DNA of 64,000 bases from Lingula anatina (lineage: Eukaryota > Animalia > Brachiopoda), in NCBI GenBank assembly GCA_051362555.1, contig CM120643.1:26850848-26914847 (forward strand). Reading direction: 5' to 3'. How positions within the stretch are numbered: the first letter of the stretch is position 1; every line of letters starts with the position of its first letter. A program made the translations under genes and the position numbers. This document shows, piece after piece, positions 11,991-23,137 of this stretch. A model generated the notes under the pieces. That model did no database searches and was not told where the DNA came from. It worked only from the letters and a program-made list of their open reading frames with translations.

Positions 11991-14294
11991 CTTAGGGGGT
12001 TGCTCTTCAGCATTCTGTTGCCCACTAGAGAGTAGCATTTAGTCATCTTGATGCAAAAGGCCATTTGTTATTTACAATAAATGCACCAAAATAAATCTTT
12101 AGGGGCAACAAAGGAAAAAAATAACATAAAAAAGCTTTCATGTGGTTTCCAAGAGCTACAATTTGTTTTTTTCAAACAAATGGAAAGCATGCTGTGCTTA
12201 ACAACGTTTATTTGTGACACTCTTAAGAGTCAGTCTAGAAATAATTTGGTTTCTTGCCTTTTCGACAGGGTTGTCTGTATAGCGTGCTATAGATTATTAT
12301 CAAAGAAATTGGTTGAGATTGGTAAAACACACAATAGTACCGATGTACATGGAGGTAAAACTATTTTGAATACATTATTATAGATAAACGATAATCTGCG
12401 AAATATCTACCGGTATATAGTTGCAATTTAAAGTTTAGAGTCTCTCGATCTCTTCAGATGAAATATAAAATAAGGAAGGATGTATTTTCTCATTATTTTG
12501 ATTATTTTTGCTGTATTCAGATCGTTTGGAGCAGGTAGAAACTTTCCCTCTGATGTCAGAGCACCCAGAATAGAATATTGCACTTTGAGCTATACCCTGT
12601 ACAGAATTTTTGTAACAGACTACTAAAGCGCCCCCTATGGTCAGAGTGTACATGTAGTAAAAATCCGTCCGGCTGTCAAAATGTTTACAGTGTTGGACAG
12701 CACGTATTTTCTGGTTTTTATCATTTTTCATCCATCGTAATGGAGGTGGTAATTTATTGTCGCGCCTATTAAGATATTAATATAATAAAAATGAGTAAAC
12801 AAATCGTAATTTTCGAAAATTTTTGAATATGATGTTAAATGTTAAGACATTTAAAGATTGCTAAAGCTTCCAAGTAAATCCAGTAACAGTAATAAAGGTC
12901 TAACACTGTTTGCCCTGATTTCAAAACCACATCCGGGCCCCATTCACCTCATTTACTTTTCAACAAGTATGTCATTTTCCAGATTTAACAAGCCAGTGTA
13001 CAAGACACAATATTACTCGGCGCAAATTGCAACACCATGGATGGAAACAAACTGGATCAACTTGTAACACACGTGAGTAACACGCGTGTACATTTATAAT
13101 ACAAGTAAAATCCCAGTGGGCAAATTATGTTGTTTTAACGTTGAAACGAGGTTGAACCATAACGTTGATAATACGTTGGATAAACATTGGATTTGAAAGT
13201 TGACTCAACGTCAGATAACAACATTGTATCAACCCCAGTTGTTAGACAATATTCTTGAATGAAAGACATTAAAATGGCCTTAAATGTTTTTATTTTTGGT
13301 ACAAAACACAGGTACACAATTATAACGTACTATGTAAAAACATCCAAGTGCCTGCTTTGTCTATTTTTTCAACGCATTTAGCTCCTAAGCATGTTTTGCA
13401 CCTAAGCATGGTACAGGTACACCCTTTTAGCCTGGATGTGTTTAGCAGTAGGGCATGTTTGATGGCTAAATATATGTAGGGTATACATGTATGGCCTTTA
13501 AGTTCAAACTTCTAAGGTTTAGATTAATATATACAGACTTGACATTTAATATGGAATATTTCACTTTCGAAGGCAAGCGTAGGTAAAAATGCGTTCTTTT
13601 TTTAAAAAAACTCCGATCTCATATAAGATATGTCAATGAAGAATTGTGTATCAGGTGTGTAGCTACCAAATAACTGAATTCCAGGTTTGTTGCACTGCTG
13701 AATTATGTTATATGCAGTGATTTAATTGGGTAGTGCTCCTTGAAATTTGAAATTTTGCATGCAAGTGGTTGGTTTTGCAGTGTGTAAAATAAGCTACGCC
13801 GTGCTTTACAAATTTATTAATCTGTGGCAGAATGGTGCGAAAAATACAGACATTACCAGACAGATAATTGCGCCAAACGAAACGGTCCGCACAGGTTTAT
13901 AGAGTAATGCCCAGACTGATGTACCTACACAGAGGCCACACACAATGTATTGAAATCTTACCACCAGGGTACAGGACCCACTGTCTTTCGGGATATGCTG
14001 TAGCAACTAAACAAAAACCACCCAGTCCGTTCAGAATGAGGGGTAAATTGCCACCAAAACGCATTTTCAAGGTCCTTCAAGAACACCAAACTGGTTTTAT
14101 CCGGTTAGAATACCAGACGACCTCCGAGGAACCCACTGTAAACAGCAAAGCATCGTTGTATGTTTTTCTAATGAACTGGGGACCTTGGCCGTTTCTTGGT
14201 TGAACACTGAAACCTCGTGGCTTTCTTTATTGAGGTCATATTTCACCTGTACCGCTCAACTAGTCAAAACAGAGTTTACAGACGTCCAGAAGAG

Positions 14295-14991
14295 TGTAAC
14301 TGCCCGCGACATTTTATTTTATTTTATTTATTTATTTATTTCTCATTATTCATTCGAAGTACATTTTCCGTTCTTTCTCTGTTTACTCTTTCTCTTTCTC
14401 TCTCTCTCTCTACTAATTATAACGTTACAGGCCACCGCACTTACCTAACCGCACCGTCACATGCCTGTACCACACCCTGCACTGAACAGTTCTCATTTCA
14501 CAGTGTATATAAGGCCTCATCTCTATTTCTTTTTGCTCACTTCACTTTCTTACACAGAACGATACGGGTACTCTAACGACACCATTTTAGCACACCCAGT
14601 CGGAGGAAAAGGTAACTATTTCAACGATAACGTAAACTTCTCTGGCTTTGGGTATTTCAACGTTTCTATCTATCCTTTTATAACGATATTAGCACACTTG
14701 GTCGGGGGTAAGGTAAATTATTTCAACGCTAAAGTAACGTAAACTTCTCCGGCTTTGGGTCTTTGCAACGTTTCCGTCTATCCTTTCTCTTACACTTTCG
14801 TATGTACTTCGTGTAAATTTGTTATCAATTTTTAGGTTATTTTGTATTTAAATTTGTTTTCAGTATTTTTCGCTACAATTTTTGTTCTGTTATTTATTTT
14901 GTTTTATTTTATTTTCTTTCAGTTTTACGTTTAAATTCAATAAATTCAACCAGTAAAAGAGACTTCCCTTTTTTGACTGAGTGCAGCTACA
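14295..14991 (+). repeat. 5' LTR (697 bp)
   Basis: Starts tgtaactgcc, ends gcagctaca; near-identical to the 3' LTR. Confidence 0.95.
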
Positions 14992-15004
14992 GTAAAACTT
15001 ATCT

Positions 15005-15410
15005 CCGGTGGAGTCTCTCTTCCCGTGGGGACCAACGGTGCAGCCTCTCTTCCCGTGGGGACCAACGGTGCAGCCTCTCTTCCCGTGGGGACCAACGGTG
15101 CAGTCTCTCCTCCCGTGGGGGCCAACGGTGCAGTCTCTCCTCCCGTGGGGACCAACGGTGCAGTCTCTCCTCCCGTGGGGACCAACGGTGCAGTCTCTCC
15201 TCCCGTGGGGGCCAACGGTGCAGTCTCTCCTCCCGTGGGGGCCAACGGTGCAGTCTCTCCTCCCGTGGGGGCCAACGGTGCAGTCTCTCCTCCCGTGGGG
15301 GCCAACGGTGCAGTCTCTCCTCCCGTGGGGGCCAACGGTGCAGTCTCTCCTCCCGTGGGGGCCAACGGTGCAATCTCTCCTCCCGTGAGGGTCAACAGTG
15401 CAATCTCCAT
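15005..15410 (+). repeat. 30-bp tandem repeat, about 13 copies, in the BEL leader
   Basis: Unit ggtgcagtctctcctcccgtggggRccaac repeated head-to-tail without spacers. Confidence 0.95.
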
Positions 15411-15433
15411 CCCCATAGCTATTCAACGGACAA

Positions 15434-18400
15434 TTGGTATTCATGGACAAACCCGAAAGTGACAGTGAGACAGAGGAAAGTGTAAGAAGGACTCAACGAA
15501 AACAGAAAATGACAAAAAGAATGGCAGAATATTTAGAAGCAAGAAAACGTGAAAGAGAGCATATGACCAGTGCCAAACGCTCTACCGGTGATTCTGCTAC
15601 AACCGAGATGCGAGATCAGGCCGAGCCTTGCGATGGTGGGAGTCACGTTGACACTTCACAGAATACCAGCGCCGCTACACCTGCGTCGTCGCTACAGGAT
15701 ATGAACACTCTAGTTAAAACTCTGACCGATTCCCTGAACCTTAACAGATTGCCGATACCAGAACCCAGCGTTTTTACTGGAGATCCACTACAGTACTTAG
15801 AATGGAAGACATCCTTTCAGATGCTCATAGAACGAAAAGGTATACCCCCTGAAGAAAGGATCTTCTACTTAAAGAGGTATGTGGGATATCCAGCACGTAA
15901 AGCACTTGAAGGATTTTTCTACAGCAACAGCCCCTCTGCATTTCACAGCGCATGGAAAATTCTGGATGAGCGTTACGGACACCCCTTCCTAGTACAGAAA
16001 GCCTTCCGAGACAAACTAGACACGTGGCCTAAGTTCCCAACCAACGACCCTGTAGCTCTGAGGGACTTCGGTGATTTTCTACAAGCCTGCCATGATGCAA
16101 TTCCATACGTGCCTGATCTACGCATTTTAAACGATTGTACAGAAAACCAGAAGCTCATCGCCAAACTGCCAGAGTGGGTGACAGTGAGGTGGAACCGCGA
16201 AGTGACGCAGTGTATTGACATTACAGGTGAATACCCTCCTTTTCAGATGTTTGTGGAGTTTGTGACCAAGGAAGCAAGAATTGCCTGCAACCCGATTTCG
16301 TCGATACACGCCCTCAACGCTACGACTGCTGCTGCAGTTCACAAGGTCAAAGGTAATGCCAAAGTTCTTACCACTAGTTCCAGTCCTCCTGTGTATGTCT
16401 GCAGTTACTGCCAGAAAGAACATTTCATTTCACAGTGTGAAAATTTTCGATCTCTGACACTTGATCACAAACGCACTTTTATTCGTGAGAACAATCTATG
16501 TTACGGGTGTTTACGTCACGGCCATCACAACAACACTTGTAAAAGGAAACTAAGATGCGAAAAATGCCAGGGAAGACATCCCACGTGTTTACATGATGAC
16601 AACTTTAGGTTATCTCGCCCACAACCTACAACAGAGTACCAGGTAGCAAATTCTCTTCAGATTGACCAAGGTAAAGATGACAGCACCTCCATGATAGTTC
16701 CGTTGTGGGTTTCCAGTAGGGAAAATCCGTCAAAAGAAATCCTGACGTATGCTCTCTTGGACACACAGAGCGACACTTCCTTTATTCTACAAGAGACGGC
16801 CACAGCATTGCAGATTATCGGACAGCCCGCACGTTTATCGTTGTCAACAATGACCGCCTCAAACACAGTTATTAACAGTTCCCGGATTTCCAGTTTACAA
16901 GTAAGAGCCTTCAACTCATCTGAAATTGTACCCATCAATGCCTGTTTCACCAGAGATTTCATACCAGCAAATCGATCTCACATTGCAGTGACGGAAACAG
17001 TTAGTAAGTGGCCACATTTACAGCAACTTAGTGCCGAGTTACCACCCCTACAGTCATGTGAGGTAGGACTTTTGATCGGGTACAACTGTCCGATGGCTCT
17101 AGCTCCCAGAAAGGTCTTAATTGGAAAAGAAAATCAGCCTTTTGCAGTCCAGACTCTGCTTGGTTGGAGCGTGGTGGGATACTCTACTCCTCCAAGTGCC
17201 AATGTCAACGTTGTCATTGCTCATCGTACAGCCGTCAAAGAACTACCTCAGTGTTCTTCAAGAGAGGTCATTAGAGTAATAGAAAAGGACTTCGCTCATG
17301 ACAAAGGCAGCGTTTCTGAAATCTCCAAATCACCACGGTTGACTGGACCCTCCTTTCCTAGGCAACGGCAGGTGAAACTGGAACGTGTCACTACAGAACT
17401 ACAGTTGGGGGATCCAGAGGTGAGAGCCTTTTCATTGTGTACTGTTACGTCTACAATGCCAAATATCCTTGACCTCTTCACGAGATTCTCTTGTTGGTGG
17501 AAAGCCGTGTCTGCGATGGGGAGGATCCAACGAATTGCAAATCATGTAAAGGGAACACAGCCTCTGACAATTGAAGAAAGAAGAAAGGCAGAAAAACCTC
17601 TTGTTATGCTTACCCAACGCGAGGCATTTCCAGACGCAGTCAGTGCCCTCGATGCAGCTACCACGTTACTTAAGACGCATCAGCTTTACCCCCTAGATCT
17701 GGTTCTTGAAGATGGTCTTCTTCGAGACGGCGGCCGATTACGGAAAGCAGGTTTTCCAACGCCATTAAAACATCCAGCCATCCTACCAAAGAATCATCAT
17801 GTCACAAGACTGATTCTTGATAATGCTCACACGGACTCCCAAAACCAGGGCAGAGGTATGACTCTCAACGAGCTTCGTTCCCTTGGTTTTTGGATTGTAG
17901 GTGGCAGCAAAGTCGTCGCAAAATTCATTAGTCAGTGTGTTACTTGCAGAAAATTGAGAAGGCCGACCGAGTTCCAGAAAATAGCAGATTTACCCAAGGA
18001 TCGCGTAGAACCAACGCCACCCTTCACCTACTGCGGTATAGACTGTTTTGGACCTTTTCTCGTTAAGCAGGGACGCAAAGAAATGAAAAGGTATGGACTT
18101 TTGATAACTTGTATGTGTTCAAGTGCAATCTACATCGAGTTGTTAGAGGATATGTCAACTGATTCTTTCATCCACGCTTTACGGTGTTTCATTGTGATTC
18201 GTGGTGCTGTTGGACAGATCTGTTCAGACCAAGGTTCCAACTTCATTGGTGCGATTAACGAATTTCAACATCGAGTGGACAGCAACAAGTTAGCAACGTT
18301 TCTAACCAAAAGACAATGTGACTTTATTCTTAATGCGCCTCATGCAAGCCACAGCGGAGGAGTGTGCGAGAGGCAAATAAGAACTGTGAGGGAAATTCTT

Positions 18401-18931
18401 AATTCCGTGCTTCAATTGTGCCCAGGTAGAATGGACGATTCATCTCTCAGGACCGTTTTCTACGAGGTCATGTCGATCGTCAATAGCAGACCATTAACAG
18501 TGAGTGAAATCAATGATCCGAAAACTCTCGAACCGCTCACTCCAAATCACATTTTGAAAACCAAGGCTGACATACCGTTTCCTCCTCCAGGTAATTTCGT
18601 CAGGGAAGATCTCTTTCTACGAAAGCGCTGGAGACGCGTCCAATATTTGCTAGAACAGTTTTGGTCTAGGTGGAAAAAGGAATACATCAGTCAAATATCT
18701 CTGCGACAGAAGTGGCATGAACCTCGTCGTAATATGCAGAAAGATGTTGTTTTGATCAAAGATATAGAACTTCCTCGAAACCAGTGGCCTCTGGCTCGAG
18801 TGGTGGAAGCCAATGCAATCGATGACGGACTTGTGAGAAGAGTTAAAGTCAGAACGGGTTGTTCTGGAACTTTGCGACCTTCCATTCTTGAGCGAAATGT
18901 ACAAAAACTGGTATTATTGGTTGAAAATTAA
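15434..18931 (+). CDS. BEL/Pao Gag-protease-integrase polyprotein lacking RT and RNase H (first ATG 15443)
   Basis: Gag core (PSVFTGDPLQYLEWK), Cys/His knuckles (CSYCQKEHFISQC, CYGCLRHGHHNNTC, CEKCQGRHPTCLH), protease ALLDTQS, integrase GIDCFG / SDQGSNF / ERQI and C-terminal FWSRWKKEY; no YVDD-type RT motif. Confidence 0.9.
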   Translation: MVFMDKPESDSETEESVRRTQRKQKMTKRMAEYLEARKREREHMTSAKRSTGDSATTEMRDQAEPCDGGSHVDTSQNTSAATPASSLQDMNTLVKTLTDSLNLNRLPIPEPSVFTGDPLQYLEWKTSFQMLIERKGIPPEERIFYLKRYVGYPARKALEGFFYSNSPSAFHSAWKILDERYGHPFLVQKAFRDKLDTWPKFPTNDPVALRDFGDFLQACHDAIPYVPDLRILNDCTENQKLIAKLPEWVTVRWNREVTQCIDITGEYPPFQMFVEFVTKEARIACNPISSIHALNATTAAAVHKVKGNAKVLTTSSSPPVYVCSYCQKEHFISQCENFRSLTLDHKRTFIRENNLCYGCLRHGHHNNTCKRKLRCEKCQGRHPTCLHDDNFRLSRPQPTTEYQVANSLQIDQGKDDSTSMIVPLWVSSRENPSKEILTYALLDTQSDTSFILQETATALQIIGQPARLSLSTMTASNTVINSSRISSLQVRAFNSSEIVPINACFTRDFIPANRSHIAVTETVSKWPHLQQLSAELPPLQSCEVGLLIGYNCPMALAPRKVLIGKENQPFAVQTLLGWSVVGYSTPPSANVNVVIAHRTAVKELPQCSSREVIRVIEKDFAHDKGSVSEISKSPRLTGPSFPRQRQVKLERVTTELQLGDPEVRAFSLCTVTSTMPNILDLFTRFSCWWKAVSAMGRIQRIANHVKGTQPLTIEERRKAEKPLVMLTQREAFPDAVSALDAATTLLKTHQLYPLDLVLEDGLLRDGGRLRKAGFPTPLKHPAILPKNHHVTRLILDNAHTDSQNQGRGMTLNELRSLGFWIVGGSKVVAKFISQCVTCRKLRRPTEFQKIADLPKDRVEPTPPFTYCGIDCFGPFLVKQGRKEMKRYGLLITCMCSSAIYIELLEDMSTDSFIHALRCFIVIRGAVGQICSDQGSNFIGAINEFQHRVDSNKLATFLTKRQCDFILNAPHASHSGGVCERQIRTVREILNSVLQLCPGRMDDSSLRTVFYEVMSIVNSRPLTVSEINDPKTLEPLTPNHILKTKADIPFPPPGNFVREDLFLRKRWRRVQYLLEQFWSRWKKEYISQISLRQKWHEPRRNMQKDVVLIKDIELPRNQWPLARVVEANAIDDGLVRRVKVRTGCSGTLRPSILERNVQKLVLLVEN

Positions 18932-19263
18932 AGTGTTTACATGTGTACATACATTATAGTGACATTACTACAATGACTTTATTGCAGTGACAGTGATATA
19001 TTTCTGATGATAATGGACACTATTGGAACGAGTCTACATATTTGCTTAAAATGATTATATATCATTGAAAGACTGGATTCATTAAGTTTATTTGTATAAC
19101 GTACATTGCTTCAATAAGGGAAAGCCAGCAGTAACCGTTTAATGGTTCATTTACATTTAATTTACTGTTTTTCTAATTGCTAGCATTCAGTGGTAATTGC
19201 GTATTCATAACGTAGCAGTTAGATTTCTTTATTTACTTAAAATCATTTTGATTTTGGTGGGAG

Positions 19264-19358
19264 TGTAACTGCCCGCGACATTTTATTTTATTTTATTTAT
19301 TTATTTATTTCTCATTATTCATTCGAAGTACATTTTCCGTTCTTTCTCTGTTTACTCT

Positions 19359-19400
<42 letters not shown>

Positions 19401-20262
19401 ATTATAACGTTACAGGCCACCGCACTTACCTAACCGCACCGTCACATGCCTGTACCACACCCTGCACTGAACAGTTCTCATTTCACAGTGTATATAAGGC
19501 CTCCTCTCTATTTCTTTTTGCTCACTTCACTTTCTTACACAGAACGATACGGGTACTCTAACGACACCATTTTAGCACACCCAGTCGGAGGAAAAGGTAA
19601 CTACTTCAACGATAACGTAAACTTCTCTGGCTTTGGGTATTTCAACGTTTCTATCTATCCTTTTATAACGATATTAGCACACTTGGTCGGGGGTAAGGTA
19701 AATTATTTCAACGCTAAAGTAACGTAAACTTCTCCGGCTTTGGATCTTTGCAACGTTTCCGTCTATCCTTTCTCTTACACTTTCGTATGTACTTCGTGTA
19801 AATTTCCCGCACGAAAACGAAGTAGATACTCCAGGGCAGTAGACTACTGCAATCATACTGCAAACATGCTTCAAATCTGCTTCGATGTGGGAGCTTATTA
19901 GCATATTTGAAACATGCTTCTATCATGCTGCTGATCTACTGCATTAATGCTCCTCCTCTGTACAACCCTATGTAATTTTTGAAGTAGAATTGCAGTAGGC
20001 TATACTGCATTTCTACTGCAAATATGCTCCACACCACTACTGCGTTAATGCTTCTTTGCTACTTCGATACTACTGCATTTTCTTGCGGGTTGTTATCAAT
20101 TTTTAGGTTATTTTGTATTTAAATTTGTTTTCAGTATTTTTCGCTACAATTTTTGTTCTGTTATTTATTTTGTTTTATTTTATTTTCTTTCAGTTTTACG
20201 TTTGAATTCAATAAATTCAACCAGTAAAAGAGACTTCCCTTTTTTGACTGAGTGCAGCTACA
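19264..20262 (+). repeat. 3' LTR (999 bp, including a MITE insertion and a longer CT microsatellite)
   Basis: Same sequence as the 5' LTR apart from about 4 substitutions seen by eye, the CT expansion and a 284-bp insert. Confidence 0.95.
19806..20089. mobile_element. CMC/EnSpm-like MITE inside the 3' LTR
   Basis: TIRs cccgcacgaaaacgaagtag / ctactgcattttcttgcggg, 2-bp TSD TT; absent from the 5' LTR. Confidence 0.85.
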
Positions 20263-22916
20263 AAGAGGCCAACGACGAAGCGTGTGCCGCTTTTAAAGTG
20301 ACTAAGATCATTAACAGCGTCAGTGTATGGGGTGGATACCACATTGGTGCCAAAACACCAATGGTTGTCATCGACGAAAACCTGAACCAGATCAAATAAA
20401 GGAATAATCTGGGAACCACCTGACTATCATTTGATAGAGGGCAACTAAGGAACAGTTTTAGGTTGCACGATGAGATTACCGGTTCACACAGAGCGCTTTT
20501 AATAGCAGATTACTTACAGAACCAAGGGAATGAGCAGCTACCTTGGTCATCAAAAGCGCCATATTTGAACCACATAGACAATATGTGGGTTGGCCATTAC
20601 TCGCCGAATCCATGGTCTATATGCCCTACAACAAAACTGGACCAAATTGGACAGATTTTGACCGATGCCTGGAATGTTATTCCAGATTGAACTCTAAAAA
20701 CTACCCCAAGGAATGCCTTGCCACTTGAAAGCGCTGGTAGCAGCCAGAAGAGGTCAGGCGTAACAGCGACCGTTATTGTGACTAGACACTGACATGGGGG
20801 TCCCTTGTGGAGAGTGTAACTCTTTTACAGGTAACAATTTGGAAAATATGGGGATCCAAAATATCTATTTTAATGGTTGTCGTATGACATAGAATAGGCA
20901 ATGTGTTTTTGTTTGCTACTCTGGCGAATTCCATTAAAGAACTGATGTCAAAGTGACATCAAAAAGATAATTAAAAGATATTAAAACACTATTTTAGTCC
21001 TTATTTTCATTTATCAGTCAGCAAAATAGGAAAAAAAAACTGATGAAAAATGATTTGGAAAAAAATATTCCATATAAAATGGCAAGTCTGTATATAGTTA
21101 TTGTCTTACATATGTATATAACAAAGTCACAGTCACCTCAACCTGTCTATCTATAACAGGGTACCGAGAACTGTCAACTTTATTAACTTCACTCCAACAC
21201 AATTACAGCAACTTATTCATCTTAGTGTTAGCTGACCTTGCAAGGAATTCAGTTTATTGGAATGTATTTCTGAATAACAAGTTAAGAAAATTCACTACTT
21301 CATTAAAGACACAAAACAACTGTCACTTTTACTTTAAAGCATTTTTTTATTATTCTGCTAAAGTTAAACCCCATTTCCAGAGATTAGATCGATCTACTTT
21401 AGATCTACCTAACTCCCTGGAGGGTCACGCTAAATAGCTGTCAGCCGAGCGGACACGAAAGTTAATTACCCCCTTACAGCTTGTAGTAGGCGGGACGGAC
21501 ATTTAAGCCGAATTATCTGACAGTAATCTAGTGAGACTCCCCTCGGGGATAGATCGATCTAAAAGCTCTGGGAATACAGCCTTAGTTACAGTATTGATAA
21601 ACAAAGTATCACGTTTTCAATAATTAATATTCTAAATTACAATCCATGTCTGCAAGGTTGTGTCAATGACCAAAATACAACGTTTAGTCAACGTCACATT
21701 ATGACGGCGTTTTGACGTGGCCGGATCAACGTTGATTTTACGTTGAATTTAGGTAGATCAACGGCAATTCAACGTATCAACCTATTTTCAACGTTGATGC
21801 AACGCGACTATGCCTGCTGGGATGTGGCATCTACATTTATACATTCATTTTATTATTTAGATATTCCTTAAATCATTTGTTCGCTTATTTTTCATTCAAT
21901 TTGTATGAGTTTAAAACCTAAATTTCGAGTAGAATTTTTAGTGAGTTTATTATAAACTTAGGAGGTCTGTTTATAAAAAAAGCTGTTATTACCTGTAGGA
22001 ATACGCTGAAGTATGTGTTTATTCATTTCAATACATGTTACTGCTGTCATAACATTCATCATATTCCTTGACAATATGCGTTTTTATACGTCCAAGCAAT
22101 CTGTAGTCGTGGGTGTGTCCATGGTACTTGTACCGCCCCCAATGTGTGCACCTGTACAAGCGGTTACAGTGGAGAACGGTGTGATACCGGTAAGTAGTAG
22201 TAGTACACTGTAGTAGTAGTACATGTAGTAGTAATAGTACTTAGTAGTACAAATAATTAATAGTTGCTATTACTTTATTTTTTTTAATAGCAACAGTATA
22301 GTTACTGTAGAATCACTGCAGTTAGAAGTACTTTTTCAAATTGTCTTGTCAAGAATTCCAGAGAATGCATGAAGTATATCCGTTTTGTTATCTTATACTT
22401 TGTTGCAGATATTAACGAATGCACGGGCTCCCATGGCTGTCAACACAACTGTGTGAACACTGCAGGAAGCTACATGTCTACATGTCTACACGTGTACGTG
22501 TAGAACTGCCAATTTTTTAATTATCATTATTATTATTAAGACAACCTAACAATGGGGGAGGCTGCTTATGTTGCAATATTTAATAAGCAAAACAAATGAA
22601 CAATCTAAAACATGATCAAAACCAAAACTGAAACAAGATAAAATGAAACAGACCTGGAACCTTATAATAAGCACCACAGAACCAAGGGTTTTGATCCCGT
22701 GGTTATTTTCCATATACATACCGCACTGAAAATAACAATGTTTTTATGTAACCAATATTTTTGAGAAACATAGTGGTTGTTTCAAGCACCGTTCTCATGA
22801 AATGGATCAATTTATTTATTTTCCAGACACAAACGAATGTACTGCAGGCACCCAGGTGTGATCACAAGTGTCACAATTCTGTTGGTAGTTACTACTGCAC
22901 GTGACGAGATGTAATT

Positions 22917-23137
22917 CAGGGTGACAAAAAATACACACATACACATTTCATTTAATTCTGCAAAGGTCCATCAAATTTCAAGAAATTTGCTGGACATTTT
23001 AAAAGAACATAACTTTTATGCAAAGTGACGAAGATAACCGAAACTTTGAGGTATGGTCGTACACATTTTGAAGATAATCCAGAAAATGTGCAGGATCTAT
23101 TAAAAAATTTATGTAATCTGTTTTTTTGGTCACCTTG
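22917..23137. mobile_element. Tc1/mariner-type palindromic MITE adjoining a truncated EGF exon
   Basis: cagggtgacaaaaaa ... tttttttggtcaccttg; orthologous copy in gene C at about 43815-44045. Confidence 0.6.

Larger units (their letters stand above)
14295..20262 (+). mobile_element. BEL/Pao LTR retrotransposon, internally deleted
   Basis: TG...CA LTRs at 14295-14991 and 19264-20262, 5-bp TSD AAGAG on both sides, polypurine tract ggtgggag before the 3' LTR, BEL-type gag-pol ORF. Confidence 0.95.
13534..21090 (+). mobile_element. Degenerate Tc1 transposon (about 1.58 kb) split by the BEL insertion
   Basis: TIRs CAGACTTGACATTT..ATATGGAATATTT / AAATATTCCATAT..AAATGGCAAGTCTG flanked by TA. Transposase relics RVYRRPEE before the LTR, and SVSVWGG...IDENLN and LPWSSKAPYLNHIDNMW after it. 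Confidence 0.8.
13112..21821. mobile_element. CMC/EnSpm-like non-autonomous DNA transposon, outermost layer of the nest
   Basis: Termini CCCAG...CTGGG, 2-bp TSD AT, subterminal aacgttga repeats at both ends; empty site in gene C (aaaat|gtgg near 40025). Confidence 0.7.

Noticed and set aside
14890-15485. Six overlapping repetitive ORFs, or a CRISPR-like array
   Set aside because: A 30-bp tandem repeat without spacers that happens to lack stops; the frame matching Gag is closed by TGA at 15386-15388 and a TAG shortly after.
15434-18931. Domesticated Gag-integrase host gene
   Set aside because: Still flanked by near-identical LTRs and a TSD, with substitutions at conserved integrase residues; better explained as a young non-autonomous element.
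14461-19727. Twin 93-aa ORFs at 14461 and 19446
   Set aside because: Chance ORFs within the two LTR copies.
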